Source of the DNA: an uncultured bacterium | Lineage (GTDB): Bacteria > SAR324 > NAC60-12 | Length of the DNA: 64,000 bases | Reading direction: 5' to 3' | Assembly (NCBI GenBank): GCA_965662235.1 | Contig: CBFIGY010000008.1 | Coordinates: 36,979 to 100,978, forward strand | Shown here: one piece after another, positions 45,599 through 54,902 of the stretch | How the letters are laid out: every line of letters begins with the position of its first letter | Position numbering within the stretch: position 1 is the stretch's first letter | Program-made: the position numbers and the translations under genes | Notes under the pieces: generated by a model | The model's input: the letters and a program-made list of their open reading frames with translations, nothing else | Database searches by the model: none | What the model was told of the DNA's origin: nothing

Positions 45599-46437
45599 TC
45601 GGAAAAGAACGGCTGGATCGTGGGTTGACTCTGCCGGAGCAAGACAAACACTTCCTCCAGCCGACCGAAATCAACGGCAGGCTCCAAGACGGCCGACTGA
45701 AACAGCTCGTGAGGCTCCTTGCGGATTTCCACCACCTTGCCGATCAGGGTTCCTTTGGGAAACAAACGCCCCAGCCCGCTGCTGACAATCAGGTCACCGA
45801 CCTCAATCTCAGCCCGTCGGTTGACCTGCCGGAGCTCCAGTCCCCCATTGGTGCCAAACACGAGTCCCCGGGAGCGGGTTCGCTGAATCAATGCTGGCAC
45901 GCGACTGCGTTGGTCAATCAGCAGCTGCACCTGAGACTGTAAGGGGGAAACCGCTTGGATCCGGCCGACCAGTCCTTCCTGAAGGATGACGGCAAAGTTG
46001 CGCTCCACCCCTTGTCGGGTGCCTCGGTTGATGAGGCGGATCTGGTGAAGGCCATCGGAAGTTTCGCTGATCACTTCCGCAAAGAGCTTCTCTCCGGGAT
46101 TCTGTTGGGCAAACTCCAGTTGGTTCCGGAGCCTGCGGAACTGAATGGCTTCTTCCCGGGTCCGGTTGAGCTCCTCGGTCAGTCCCTTCACCTGCTCCCG
46201 CAGTTGCTGATTTTCTTCCTGGAGGCCGACCAGCAGGATGTAGGAGTCGAGCCAGTCACCGACGGTCTGAGCCACAAAGTGAAAGGCGATCTCAGCCGGG
46301 TAGGCAATGGTCATCACCAGCGACTGAAAGCGGGACTCAATGCGCTGATTCCGGTTTTGCAGAATGGCCAGGAGCAGGACCATCAAGGTCGCTGCAATCA
46401 CAAGGGGGAAGCGGTATTTTTTCAGGAACTCGGCCAT
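45595..46437 (-). CDS. mreC: Rod shape-determining protein MreC
   Basis: TM, coiled coil ENQQLR, GLVGRI, SSGLG..FPKG, PAVDF..LEEV. Confidence 0.93.
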   Translation of the reverse strand: MAEFLKKYRFPLVIAATLMVLLLAILQNRNQRIESRFQSLVMTIAYPAEIAFHFVAQTVGDWLDSYILLVGLQEENQQLREQVKGLTEELNRTREEAIQFRRLRNQLEFAQQNPGEKLFAEVISETSDGLHQIRLINRGTRQGVERNFAVILQEGLVGRIQAVSPLQSQVQLLIDQRSRVPALIQRTRSRGLVFGTNGGLELRQVNRRAEIEVGDLIVSSGLGRLFPKGTLIGKVVEIRKEPHELFQSAVLEPAVDFGRLEEVFVLLRQSQPTIQPFFSE

Positions 46438-46472
46438 CGTGCCACTTTCGTGTGATCCCGGAGGTCGTCAAA

Positions 46473-47762
46473 TCAGGCAGGTTCGCGGAGAATCACCACC
46501 GGGTTGGCCATGAAGGGTTCCTCATTGAGACGCTGCACCGACCGTTGCAAGATGCCCTCTCGGCAGGTTTCCAGCGACATCGTGAAGATGACGACTTCGC
46601 GCTCCTCCCGGTCAATGCGGTGATACTGCGGAAGCTGCTCTAAAGCATAAATGTTGATGCCCTCCTCGGCAAGCACCTGTCCGATGCGTCCGAAGATTCC
46701 GGGGGAGTCCCACACTTCAAAACGCAGCGTGTGCCGGAAGGGCTGTTCGGCAAAGGGCAGAAGCGTGAAGTGCGCTGAGGCTTCCGGGAGGTTCGAAAAG
46801 AAGGGGCGCGTGAGTTTGTTGAGGTCAGCGACAATGGCAGAGGCAGTCGGCAGGCTTCCGGCTCCTTTGCCCACGAGGGTGATGTCTTCCGAAAAGGTTC
46901 CCTGTAGCGAGACCACGTTGGTGGAGCCGTGGATGTTGGCCATGGGGGCTTCCACCGGAAGCATCATCGGCAGCACGTGCACCGAGACGCCGTTGGGACC
47001 ACGTTCCATGGAGGCAATCAGCTTGATGCGTCGGCCCATGCGTTCTGCATACTCAAAGTCCGCTAGGTCGAGGTGTGCAATGCCTTCAAGCGGAATCTGC
47101 TCCGGAGACAGCCAGTGCCCGGTGATGAGGTAGGTGAGGATCACCAGCTTGTAACGGGCGTCGTATCCGGCAATGTCGTTGGTGGGATCCTGTTCGGCAA
47201 ACCCGAGGTCCTGGGCTTCCTGAAGGGCTTCAGCAAAGGAAAGCTTGTCGGTTTCCATCTTGCTGAGGATGTAGTTGCTGGTGCCGTTGAGAATGCCCTG
47301 GACGCGTTCCACATCCTGCACCTGCAGGTAGTCCTGAAGCAGTCGCAGCACCGGAATGGCCCCGGCCACTGCAGCTTCAAACAGCAGGTACTGCTCCTGA
47401 GTTCGGGCGGCTTCGAGTAGTTCCGGACCATGGGTGGCAATGAGGTCCTTGTTGGCGGTCACCACATGCTTCCCCGCCTGCAGGGCACCCAAGATGAGGT
47501 CCTTCGCAAAGGTCTGGCCTCCCACCGTTTCGACGATTGCATGGACTTCCGGATCCGCCAGCACCTCGTCCCGCTCGCGCTGAAACCACTCCGGGTGGCG
47601 TTCGAACCAAGGGGCGGCAGTGGGGCTGTTGGGATTCTTTTCCAAAACGCCGACCACGCGGACGGGGGAGCCATGGGCCCCATGCTTTTCCAGAACAGCA
47701 GCAACGCCGCTTCCAACGGTGCCCAGTCCAGCAATGACCACATTCAGGAGAGGCTTCTTCAT
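46473..47762 (-). CDS. hom: Homoserine dehydrogenase with C-terminal ACT domain
   Basis: GLGTVGSG, HVVTANK, FEAAVAGAIP, GILNGTSN, GKGAG..PTASA, DSPGI ACT; ATG at 47762. Confidence 0.93.
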   Translation of the reverse strand: MKKPLLNVVIAGLGTVGSGVAAVLEKHGAHGSPVRVVGVLEKNPNSPTAAPWFERHPEWFQRERDEVLADPEVHAIVETVGGQTFAKDLILGALQAGKHVVTANKDLIATHGPELLEAARTQEQYLLFEAAVAGAIPVLRLLQDYLQVQDVERVQGILNGTSNYILSKMETDKLSFAEALQEAQDLGFAEQDPTNDIAGYDARYKLVILTYLITGHWLSPEQIPLEGIAHLDLADFEYAERMGRRIKLIASMERGPNGVSVHVLPMMLPVEAPMANIHGSTNVVSLQGTFSEDITLVGKGAGSLPTASAIVADLNKLTRPFFSNLPEASAHFTLLPFAEQPFRHTLRFEVWDSPGIFGRIGQVLAEEGINIYALEQLPQYHRIDREEREVVIFTMSLETCREGILQRSVQRLNEEPFMANPVVILREPA

Positions 47763-47797
47763 GAGGATCCTTGTACAAAAAAGAGAAGGCGAAGGGT

Positions 47798-48826
47798 TCA
47801 GTTTTTCGGAGGAGTGAGCTTTCGCTTGAGAAAGCTGTACCACTGCGGACGGGTGAACATCCCCCGCTCCAGCGCATACCACTCGGCCAGATCCAGCGCC
47901 GCCGATTCCTGTAGGATTTGGGGCGATTTGATGTTGCCTTCGGAGATCAGCGGACGGTCGGTAAACTTTCCGGCCCACTGCAGCATGCACTGTTCGCCAT
48001 CAAAGCAACGGTTCATGGCATGAATGGCCAGCGGGTGAAAGAGGTCCACCCCGGCGTTTTCTAACAACTGAAAGAGGTCCTGCAGCTCTTCCGGGGTAAA
48101 GCCATCTTCAATCTTGTCCATGATGGTGAAGTAGTACCCTAGGGGGATCTTTACCGACTCCCGTTGCCGGATGGCCCGGACGATGTCGAGCCCCAGGCGC
48201 AGGCGAGATTCGATGTCTCCGGGGCCGTACTCATCATCCCGTCCGTTGAACTTCAGGGAAAGGCACTGGTCCAGGAGCTGCTGGTCACCGCCGTTGATCT
48301 GAATGAAGTCCATCCCCACCTCCTGAGCACGCTCTGCGGCATGAACAAAGTGCAGAATGATTTCCTCGCAGTCGTCCTGGTCAAACTCTCGGCTGACGTC
48401 AAAGTCCCGGCCAAAGTTGAGAATCGACGGGCCCACCGGCGTCTCGCCGCAGACTTCTTCAGAGGTCTTGGCTCCGGCGTGAGACAAGCGAATGCCAATG
48501 GCGCTGCCTTCCTTTTTGACAGAGGTGACCAGCTTGGCCAGCCCCTCAAGGTGCTCCTCTTCCGAGATGCCCAACTGGGTGGCATGTCCGCGTCCCTGAC
48601 GGGCGACATACGCCGATTCCACAATGATGGTCCCCACTCCGTCTTGCGCCAGTCCTGTGTAGTGCCGGATCAGCGCCGGCGTGACGGTGCCATCGGTGTC
48701 AGCCTGGTTTTCAATGCTCGGGGTCGCCATGATGCGGTTGGGCATCGCGATGTTGAGGACCGAGACCGGTTGAAAGAGGGTTGTCTGTTTGGAGGAGAGG
48801 GCGGGAGCGGTTTCGGAAGCAGCCAT
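47798..48826 (-). CDS. Old Yellow Enzyme/NADH:flavin oxidoreductase homolog with a degenerate active site
   Basis: LFQP...NRIM, GVGTIIVE, LSHAG, N.R.DEYG; QINGGDQQLL replaces EIHGAHGYLL. Confidence 0.8.
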   Translation of the reverse strand: MAASETAPALSSKQTTLFQPVSVLNIAMPNRIMATPSIENQADTDGTVTPALIRHYTGLAQDGVGTIIVESAYVARQGRGHATQLGISEEEHLEGLAKLVTSVKKEGSAIGIRLSHAGAKTSEEVCGETPVGPSILNFGRDFDVSREFDQDDCEEIILHFVHAAERAQEVGMDFIQINGGDQQLLDQCLSLKFNGRDDEYGPGDIESRLRLGLDIVRAIRQRESVKIPLGYYFTIMDKIEDGFTPEELQDLFQLLENAGVDLFHPLAIHAMNRCFDGEQCMLQWAGKFTDRPLISEGNIKSPQILQESAALDLAEWYALERGMFTRPQWYSFLKRKLTPPKN

Positions 48827-48861
48827 TGGTTTTCCAGGCGAGTGTTCGGAGGTGTGAAGAG

Positions 48862-49185
48862 TTATTGAGCCTGAGCCCGTTCTGCTTTTTCCTGCAACCC
48901 CGACTTTCCGTGGCGTCGCAGCAGCTCAGCGTCAATCTCTTCAGGTGAAAGGCCCTGATGCGCCATGAGCACCAGAACGTGAAACAGGAGGTCGGCAATT
49001 TCGTGAACCTGTTCGTGCCGATCTCCACCTTTGGCAGCGAGGAGGACTTCTGTGGCTTCCTCGCCAACTTTTTTCAAAATGCTGTCTACTCCACGAGCAA
49101 GCAGTTTGGCGACATAGGACGAGTCCGGAGTGCCATGAGCCTGACGTTCCTGGATGGTCGCAAAGACCTCGTTGAGTTGATTCAT
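48862..49185 (-). CDS. hisE: Phosphoribosyl-ATP pyrophosphohydrolase
   Basis: SYVAKL, KKVGEEATE, EIADLLFH. Confidence 0.95.
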   Translation of the reverse strand: MNQLNEVFATIQERQAHGTPDSSYVAKLLARGVDSILKKVGEEATEVLLAAKGGDRHEQVHEIADLLFHVLVLMAHQGLSPEEIDAELLRRHGKSGLQEKAERAQAQ

Positions 49186-50645
49186 GATTTTCCGTTACGG
49201 TCGCGGCTGATGCCCAGCATCTCCAGGCGTTTCCGGAGCGTGTTGCGGTTGATGCCCAGCACCCGAGCCGCACGTTGCTGGTTCCAGTTCATTTGCTCCA
49301 GCAGCGTTTTCAGGAGGGGACGCTCCACCTGATGCATGACAAAATCCATGAGGTCTTCCTGTCCGCGCTCTAGGCAGTCCCGGACAAGGTTCTGCAGGCG
49401 TTGCTCCACCAGCGGCTCCAGGGCTTCTTCGGCGTTTGGCGTCTCTGGTTGCTGCAACAGGTGCCGGGGCAAGCTGCTGGCCGTGATCACATCGGTGACA
49501 CTGGTGATCATCAGGCTCTTCGTCACGTTTTCCAGTTCTCGGACGTTACCGGGCCAGATGTAGCCCTTGAGCGCATTCATGGTTTCGCTGGAAACCGTCT
49601 TGCGGCTCACCGCCATCTCGCGGCTTCCCTTGCGCAGGAAGTGCTCCACCAGTGCCGGGATGTCCTCACGTCGCTCCCGCAACGGAGCCACCCGGATGGG
49701 AAAGACGTTGAGGCGGTAGTAGAGGTCCGACCGGAACTGTTCTGCCTCAATGAGCTGTGAAAGGTCCCGGTGGGTGGCCGCGATGACTCGCATGTCCGTG
49801 TGGATCAGCTCGTGTCCGCCAATGCGTTCAAAGCTACGCTCCTGCAGCACCCGGAGAAGCTTGCTCTGCAGCTTGATCGGCATGTCACCGATTTCATCCA
49901 AAAACAGGGTCCCGCGACTTGCCATCTCCAGCTTTCCACGCTTGCGGTCCTGTGCCCCGGTGAAGGCCCCTTTTTCGTGCCCAAACAGCTCGGACTCCAG
50001 CAGCTCCGAGGGAATCGCTGCGCAGTTGATGGCAACAAACGGTTGGTTGGCCCGGGAGGAGTGCTGGTGAATGGAACGGGCGACGAGCTCCTTGCCGGTG
50101 CCACTCTCGCCTTGAATCAGCGCGGTCAGGTCGGTTGGAGCCACGCGACCAATGGCCTTGTACACCTCACGCATCTGTGCGCTGTTGCCCACCAGCAGGT
50201 CGCCTTCTTGACGCAGCGCTGCCGGTTCTGCACCCTCCGCCGCCGGAACAGCGTTCCGGACGAGGTCAAGCCCCTGATCCACCAGGGCTTCGACTTCGGT
50301 GAGGTTGAACGGCTTGGAGACGTAATCGAAGGCCCCGGCCTTCATGGCCTCAATGGTGTGAAACATGGTGCTCTGCCCCGTCATCACAATAACGGCCAAA
50401 GGCTGAGGGCGCGCCGTGATTTCTCGGGTGAAGGAGATGCCATCGACCCCGGGCAGGTTGATGTCCACCAGTGCCAGCTGAATGGGAAAACGCTGGAGGA
50501 GGTCTCGGGCTTCCGGGACGTCTCGGGCCGCATGCACCCGGAGGCCTTTTTGCTCAAGAGCCTTTTCCAGAACCCAACGGATGCTACGTTCATCGTCGAG
50601 CACCAGGACGTGAACGGACTCAGCTTCGGGAGCGGACATAGCCAT
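49182..50645 (-). CDS. NtrC-type sigma-54-dependent response regulator
   Basis: Receiver DDERSIRWVL...DINLPG...KPF; GESGTGKE, GAFTGA, WPGNVRELEN, C-terminal HTH LGINRNTLRK. Confidence 0.93.
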   Translation of the reverse strand: MAMSAPEAESVHVLVLDDERSIRWVLEKALEQKGLRVHAARDVPEARDLLQRFPIQLALVDINLPGVDGISFTREITARPQPLAVIVMTGQSTMFHTIEAMKAGAFDYVSKPFNLTEVEALVDQGLDLVRNAVPAAEGAEPAALRQEGDLLVGNSAQMREVYKAIGRVAPTDLTALIQGESGTGKELVARSIHQHSSRANQPFVAINCAAIPSELLESELFGHEKGAFTGAQDRKRGKLEMASRGTLFLDEIGDMPIKLQSKLLRVLQERSFERIGGHELIHTDMRVIAATHRDLSQLIEAEQFRSDLYYRLNVFPIRVAPLRERREDIPALVEHFLRKGSREMAVSRKTVSSETMNALKGYIWPGNVRELENVTKSLMITSVTDVITASSLPRHLLQQPETPNAEEALEPLVEQRLQNLVRDCLERGQEDLMDFVMHQVERPLLKTLLEQMNWNQQRAARVLGINRNTLRKRLEMLGISRDRNGKS

Positions 50646-51849
50646 TCAGTTCGTCCTTGAGCTTGCGCAAACCGAGCAACGCTTCAGCGCCAGTGACCGA
50701 AGCCTCTGGGCCAAAGGTGCCACGCAGGGCATTTTGTGGAGTGAGCAGTCCACGATCGACCACCGTCCGAGCAGCATTGTAGTAATAGGCGTCGGAGCGG
50801 ACATCGTTCCATGGGGAAGCAGACCCCACGAAGCGGGCTGACAGCGAGCGGTCCTGCAGGACCTTGATGAGGATGTCTTCCAGCACCAGGGCAAACTCGG
50901 CGCGAGTGATGGCATCATCGGGCAGAAAGAGCTTCTGCGGGTTGACCTCGAGGCCACGGACGCCCAAGGTAAGCACCTCTTCCACATCTGCCTGAAGCGG
51001 ATGTCCGGAAAGGTCTGAAGCCGGGGCATTGAGGTTCAGCTGACTCCCGGAGGCATCTTGTTGCTTCGGACCGGAGTAGCTGGGAGTCCGGGCGACCTGT
51101 GACCGTTCATAAAGCTCTCCGAGCCGGAATTCCTCCACGAGCAGCGCTGCCAGATCAGCTCGGCTGAGCTGTTCGGCAAGGGCAACGGCCTTACCGTGTC
51201 GGCTTCCGGGTTGGGCGCGGACGATGTCGTTCAGACGAGCCAAGGCCTGATCCGCCTCGCGGGTGTAGCCCAGGTTGAGGGAAAGGACCTTCCGGAACTG
51301 CTCAGAGGCCTGACCAAACTCCAACGCGGTTTGAGCTGCCAGGGCCATGCGGTAGTGTGGTTCGGCCTGCAGGCTGCGGAGATTGGGATTTTCCAGAAGG
51401 ATTTCCTGGGTCTGAGCATAGGCCTGCTTTGCTTCCGGAAGCCAGTCGTCTTCTTGCAGCAAGGCTTCCAACCAGATCTGGTTGACCCACACCCGCAGTG
51501 CCGTTTTGGGAAGCTCCGCTTGTTCCTGCGCTTGCTCCTGAAGCTCACGCGCTTGCTCCCGGAGGTCCTGCTGCCGCTCTGCGGAGCGGCCGGGCTCTGA
51601 GGCATCGTGGGCCACCACAAGCGCTTTTCCGGAAAGCGCCTCCGGGTGGTCCTTCTGAAGTTGCAGGGCGAGGTCAAAGCTCCGGCCGGCTTCGCGCCAG
51701 CGGTTGGCATCCAGCTGGTTCAGTCCCTTGGCAACATGGTGCTCAGGCGTGTCCAGCACACCCGATTGTTGCCGAGGTCCCGGAGCAGAACTGCATCCGA
51801 CAAACAGGCCGACAAGGAGGGCAAAGACGGTCCAGCTTGCGATACGCAT
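50620..51849 (-). CDS. Lipoprotein with TPR-like repeats and SLH-like domains
   Basis: Lipobox FVG-C; helical repeats; LSRADLA, F.PDDAITRAEFA, WNDV...YY, FGPEASVTGAEA SLH-like motifs. Confidence 0.75.
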   Translation of the reverse strand: MRIASWTVFALLVGLFVGCSSAPGPRQQSGVLDTPEHHVAKGLNQLDANRWREAGRSFDLALQLQKDHPEALSGKALVVAHDASEPGRSAERQQDLREQARELQEQAQEQAELPKTALRVWVNQIWLEALLQEDDWLPEAKQAYAQTQEILLENPNLRSLQAEPHYRMALAAQTALEFGQASEQFRKVLSLNLGYTREADQALARLNDIVRAQPGSRHGKAVALAEQLSRADLAALLVEEFRLGELYERSQVARTPSYSGPKQQDASGSQLNLNAPASDLSGHPLQADVEEVLTLGVRGLEVNPQKLFLPDDAITRAEFALVLEDILIKVLQDRSLSARFVGSASPWNDVRSDAYYYNAARTVVDRGLLTPQNALRGTFGPEASVTGAEALLGLRKLKDELNGYVRSRS

Positions 51850-51870
51850 AGGCTCTCCCGAATTGGAGGT

Positions 51871-52878
51871 TCAGCTTTTCAAGGCATCCCGGTAGTGTTC
51901 CGGATCCGCCAGGCGGGGCAAAATGACGTCGCGGAGGCTCTCTGGAGCCGCCCCACGGGTCACCAAAAACTCAAGGAAGCGGGCCAACGACCCCTTCATG
52001 CTGTCCAGGTCCTCTTCCAGAGGATTGGCGTTTTGCAGGAACCAATCTGACATGAAGGACTCGATCAGCTCAGGAGTCCACTCAGCAGAAGCCGGTGGGG
52101 CAAAGTCGTCCAAGAACAGCTCCAGGTCTTCCTCCACCCGCTCACGCTCTTCCTCTGACTCGGTCTGCAACTGCTCCCAGAAGGCTTCCAGCGTCTCCAA
52201 ATCGACAGCAGGGTCACGCTCAACGAGGGTGGGCAGCTCCGCTTCTTCCTCAGAGGTTGCGTCTTCAGAATCCTCCGACGTGTCGAAGTTCCCAAGGGTT
52301 TTGAGGAGTTCCGGATGCTCACTGGCGTGGTCCAGGAATTCGGCATTGCGCTCTTCAAACTCATCCATGGCCTGCTGAATGCCGTCACGCTCCAGGGGCT
52401 CGCCCAGTCCGTCGGCTCGGGTCCGCAGGAAGATGGCCACCAGAAGCGGGTTGGCCAGGTGAGGAATCTCAGCGCTGTTTTCCAGCTGGTGCAGGGTGGC
52501 CCGGATCAGCATGCCCCGCGCAGAGGTCGGGGAGGCATCCTCTTCCATCTCGTTCAAGCGGTCGGTGAGCTTCTGGAGAAACGCCTCATCAATCAGTTTG
52601 CCAAAGATCAGGGGATCCGTTAGGGCACCGATCTTCTGAGCCGAGGCGAGTTTCTCATGATGCTCCTTGAAGGCCTCAACGTCCATGCGGAGGTCATCCA
52701 GCGCCGGGTCAAAGGCCAGCAATGGGAGGGTGCCAAGGAGCTTTTCTAGCTGCTTGGGACTGTTGATGCTGGCAGGGCGCTTGAGACGGTTCTTGCGGCG
52801 CTGTACGTTTTTCTGGTGCTGCTTTTGTTGCTTACGCCGAACCATTCCGGCTTTTTTGGGCTTCTGCTTCTTCGCCAT
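51871..52878 (-). CDS. Hypothetical protein with a K/R-rich N-terminus and a strongly acidic body
   Basis: ATG at 52878 with AGGAG RBS; C-terminus resembles an integrase core-binding (SAM-like) helical domain. Confidence 0.75.
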   Translation of the reverse strand: MAKKQKPKKAGMVRRKQQKQHQKNVQRRKNRLKRPASINSPKQLEKLLGTLPLLAFDPALDDLRMDVEAFKEHHEKLASAQKIGALTDPLIFGKLIDEAFLQKLTDRLNEMEEDASPTSARGMLIRATLHQLENSAEIPHLANPLLVAIFLRTRADGLGEPLERDGIQQAMDEFEERNAEFLDHASEHPELLKTLGNFDTSEDSEDATSEEEAELPTLVERDPAVDLETLEAFWEQLQTESEEERERVEEDLELFLDDFAPPASAEWTPELIESFMSDWFLQNANPLEEDLDSMKGSLARFLEFLVTRGAAPESLRDVILPRLADPEHYRDALKS

Positions 52879-53070
52879 GAACTCCTGAAGGCAAGGGTGC
52901 AGGGATTCTCTAAAACAGAAAAGTATGGCCCATTTGCAAGGAAAAATCACGAGAAAGATGAATTTCTTCATGAGAATCATTGTGTTTTTCTCTCCTAGAA
53001 GCACGGCTCCCGGACCTGTGGGGGCGTGAAACTTGCGACTGGATCGCGGTTGACCCCATCAGGGGGCTGC

Positions 53071-53099
53071 TTGACCCTGTACCCGCCCCTCGCTAAGAT
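53071..53099 (+). promoter_or_regulatory. Sigma-70-type promoter upstream of recJ
   Basis: TTGACC-N17-TAAGAT. Confidence 0.5.
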
Positions 53100-53140
53100 A
53101 GAGGCTGGTTTTTTTCGAAAATTTTCCCTGAACGGCTCCT

Positions 53141-54892
53141 GTGTTTCCTCAAGGCTTTCCATTCCGAAGCATCCGCGCTGAAGAACAGCAAGCCGCTCAG
53201 CATCTGAGCCATGAAATGAGCCTCCCGCTCGTGCTGGCGCAGCTTCTGGTGCAGCGTCAGTTTACGGACCCGCTGGCAGCGTGGGAATTCCTCTACCCAA
53301 AGGTGGAGCAGTGCCACGACCCCAACCTGATGAAGGGCATGGGCGCAGCCGTCCGTCGCTTGGAGCAGGCCATGGCGCGTCACGAGAGCGTGGTGGTGTA
53401 TGGCGACTATGATGCCGATGGCACTGCGGGGTCGGTCCTGCTGTACCGGCTGTTCAAGCGCATTGGGATGCGGGTGCACTACTTCATTCCCGACCGCTTC
53501 ACCTGTGGCTATGGACTCTCGGAACCCGTGCTCCGTCGCTTTCAGGAACGAGGAACCACCCTGATTGTGACCGTGGACAACGGTTCCACGGCTGTCGAAG
53601 AGTCAAAGGTTGCCCAACAACTCGGCATTGACCTGATCATCACGGATCACCACCGACACGGCGAGCAGCTCCCGGAGTGCGTTGCCTTCGTCAATCCGAT
53701 CCAGTCGGGTTGCCCCTATCCCTTCAAAGGACTTTCTGGAACCGGAGTGGCCTTCAAGTTGGCGCAGGCCCTCTGCCAGAGCCTTGATGAGGACGACTAC
53801 TGGCAAACCAGCGGGTACCTGCGCCCAGAGCTAGACCGGGACCTCGACCTGGTTGCCTTTGCCACGGTTGCTGATCGGATGCCGCTGCTGGACGAAAACC
53901 GCTACCTAGTGAAAGAAGGGCTCAAGCTGATGAACCCTTGCCTGCGTCCGGGCATGCAGGCGTTGGCGCAGGCCTGTGGGGTCCGAGGCTCGGTGACGCC
54001 GTCGGTGCTCAGTCACAAGATGGTCCCGAAGATCAACTCCGTGGGACGCATGGACAACCCGGCGTTGGCTGCCAAGCTGTTGCTGTCCCACTCGCTGACG
54101 GAAGCTCGGCGTTATGCACAAATGCTCCTCACCCTCAACCGTGAGCGGCAAAATGTGGAGCAGGAGGTCTGGCGAAGCGCCATGGACCAGGCCATGCTAC
54201 AGGCAGAGAGTCCGGCGCTGGTGCTGATGGATCCAAGCTGGCACCCCGGAGTCATGGGGTCCATTGCCGCACGGGCCGCCCACACGTTTCAAAAAACAAC
54301 CTTTGCCCTGACGCTCTCGCCCTTAACGGCAGAAGATGCCGATCACCCCCTTGCTGTGGGCTCGGCTCGTGTTTCCGGAAACCTCGACCTCTGTGAGCTG
54401 CTCTCCAATTTTGCGGACCTGCTGGAAAAATTTGGTGGACATCCAGCTGCTGCAGGAGTGAGCCTGTTTTGCGACAACCTGGAGTCCTTCCGCGAACGCC
54501 TGACCCAGATGGTGGAGGAAGTCGAAGAGCCTGGCGCGGCCAATCCTGCAGACGGACTGCAGGTCGATGCGTGGCTGCGTCCGGATGAGTTCAACAGTGA
54601 CCTAGCACAAGGACTTCTGGCCTTCTCTCCCTTTGGCATGGACAATCCGGAGCCCGTGTTTGGCGTCCGGCATGCGCATGTGGAGCGGTCCAAGGTGTTT
54701 GGGCGCCAGCACCTGAAATTCTGGGTACAGGGAGCACGGCAGATTGAGTGTGTGGCGTGGAACCGAGCCAACTGGCTCTCTTCGGTGCAAGGACCCGTTG
54801 ACCTGATTGTGTCTCCCCAGATCTATGGGCGGACCTGTCAGGAGCAGACGATACAGTTCCGAGCCCTCGAAGTCCGTCCGGCGCTGGTGTAA
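53141..54892 (+). CDS. recJ: ssDNA-specific exonuclease RecJ
   Basis: GDYDADG, TVDNG, ITDHH, ATVAD, GSAR, GGHPAAAG, PFGMDNPEP. Confidence 0.93.
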   Translation: MFPQGFPFRSIRAEEQQAAQHLSHEMSLPLVLAQLLVQRQFTDPLAAWEFLYPKVEQCHDPNLMKGMGAAVRRLEQAMARHESVVVYGDYDADGTAGSVLLYRLFKRIGMRVHYFIPDRFTCGYGLSEPVLRRFQERGTTLIVTVDNGSTAVEESKVAQQLGIDLIITDHHRHGEQLPECVAFVNPIQSGCPYPFKGLSGTGVAFKLAQALCQSLDEDDYWQTSGYLRPELDRDLDLVAFATVADRMPLLDENRYLVKEGLKLMNPCLRPGMQALAQACGVRGSVTPSVLSHKMVPKINSVGRMDNPALAAKLLLSHSLTEARRYAQMLLTLNRERQNVEQEVWRSAMDQAMLQAESPALVLMDPSWHPGVMGSIAARAAHTFQKTTFALTLSPLTAEDADHPLAVGSARVSGNLDLCELLSNFADLLEKFGGHPAAAGVSLFCDNLESFRERLTQMVEEVEEPGAANPADGLQVDAWLRPDEFNSDLAQGLLAFSPFGMDNPEPVFGVRHAHVERSKVFGRQHLKFWVQGARQIECVAWNRANWLSSVQGPVDLIVSPQIYGRTCQEQTIQFRALEVRPALV

Positions 54893-54902
54893 CGGAGGCC
54901 AC

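Noticed and set aside
52879..53140. Possible structured ncRNA in the divergent region before recJ
   Set aside because: No recognisable tRNA, SRP, 6S or riboswitch signature; promoter elements explain the region
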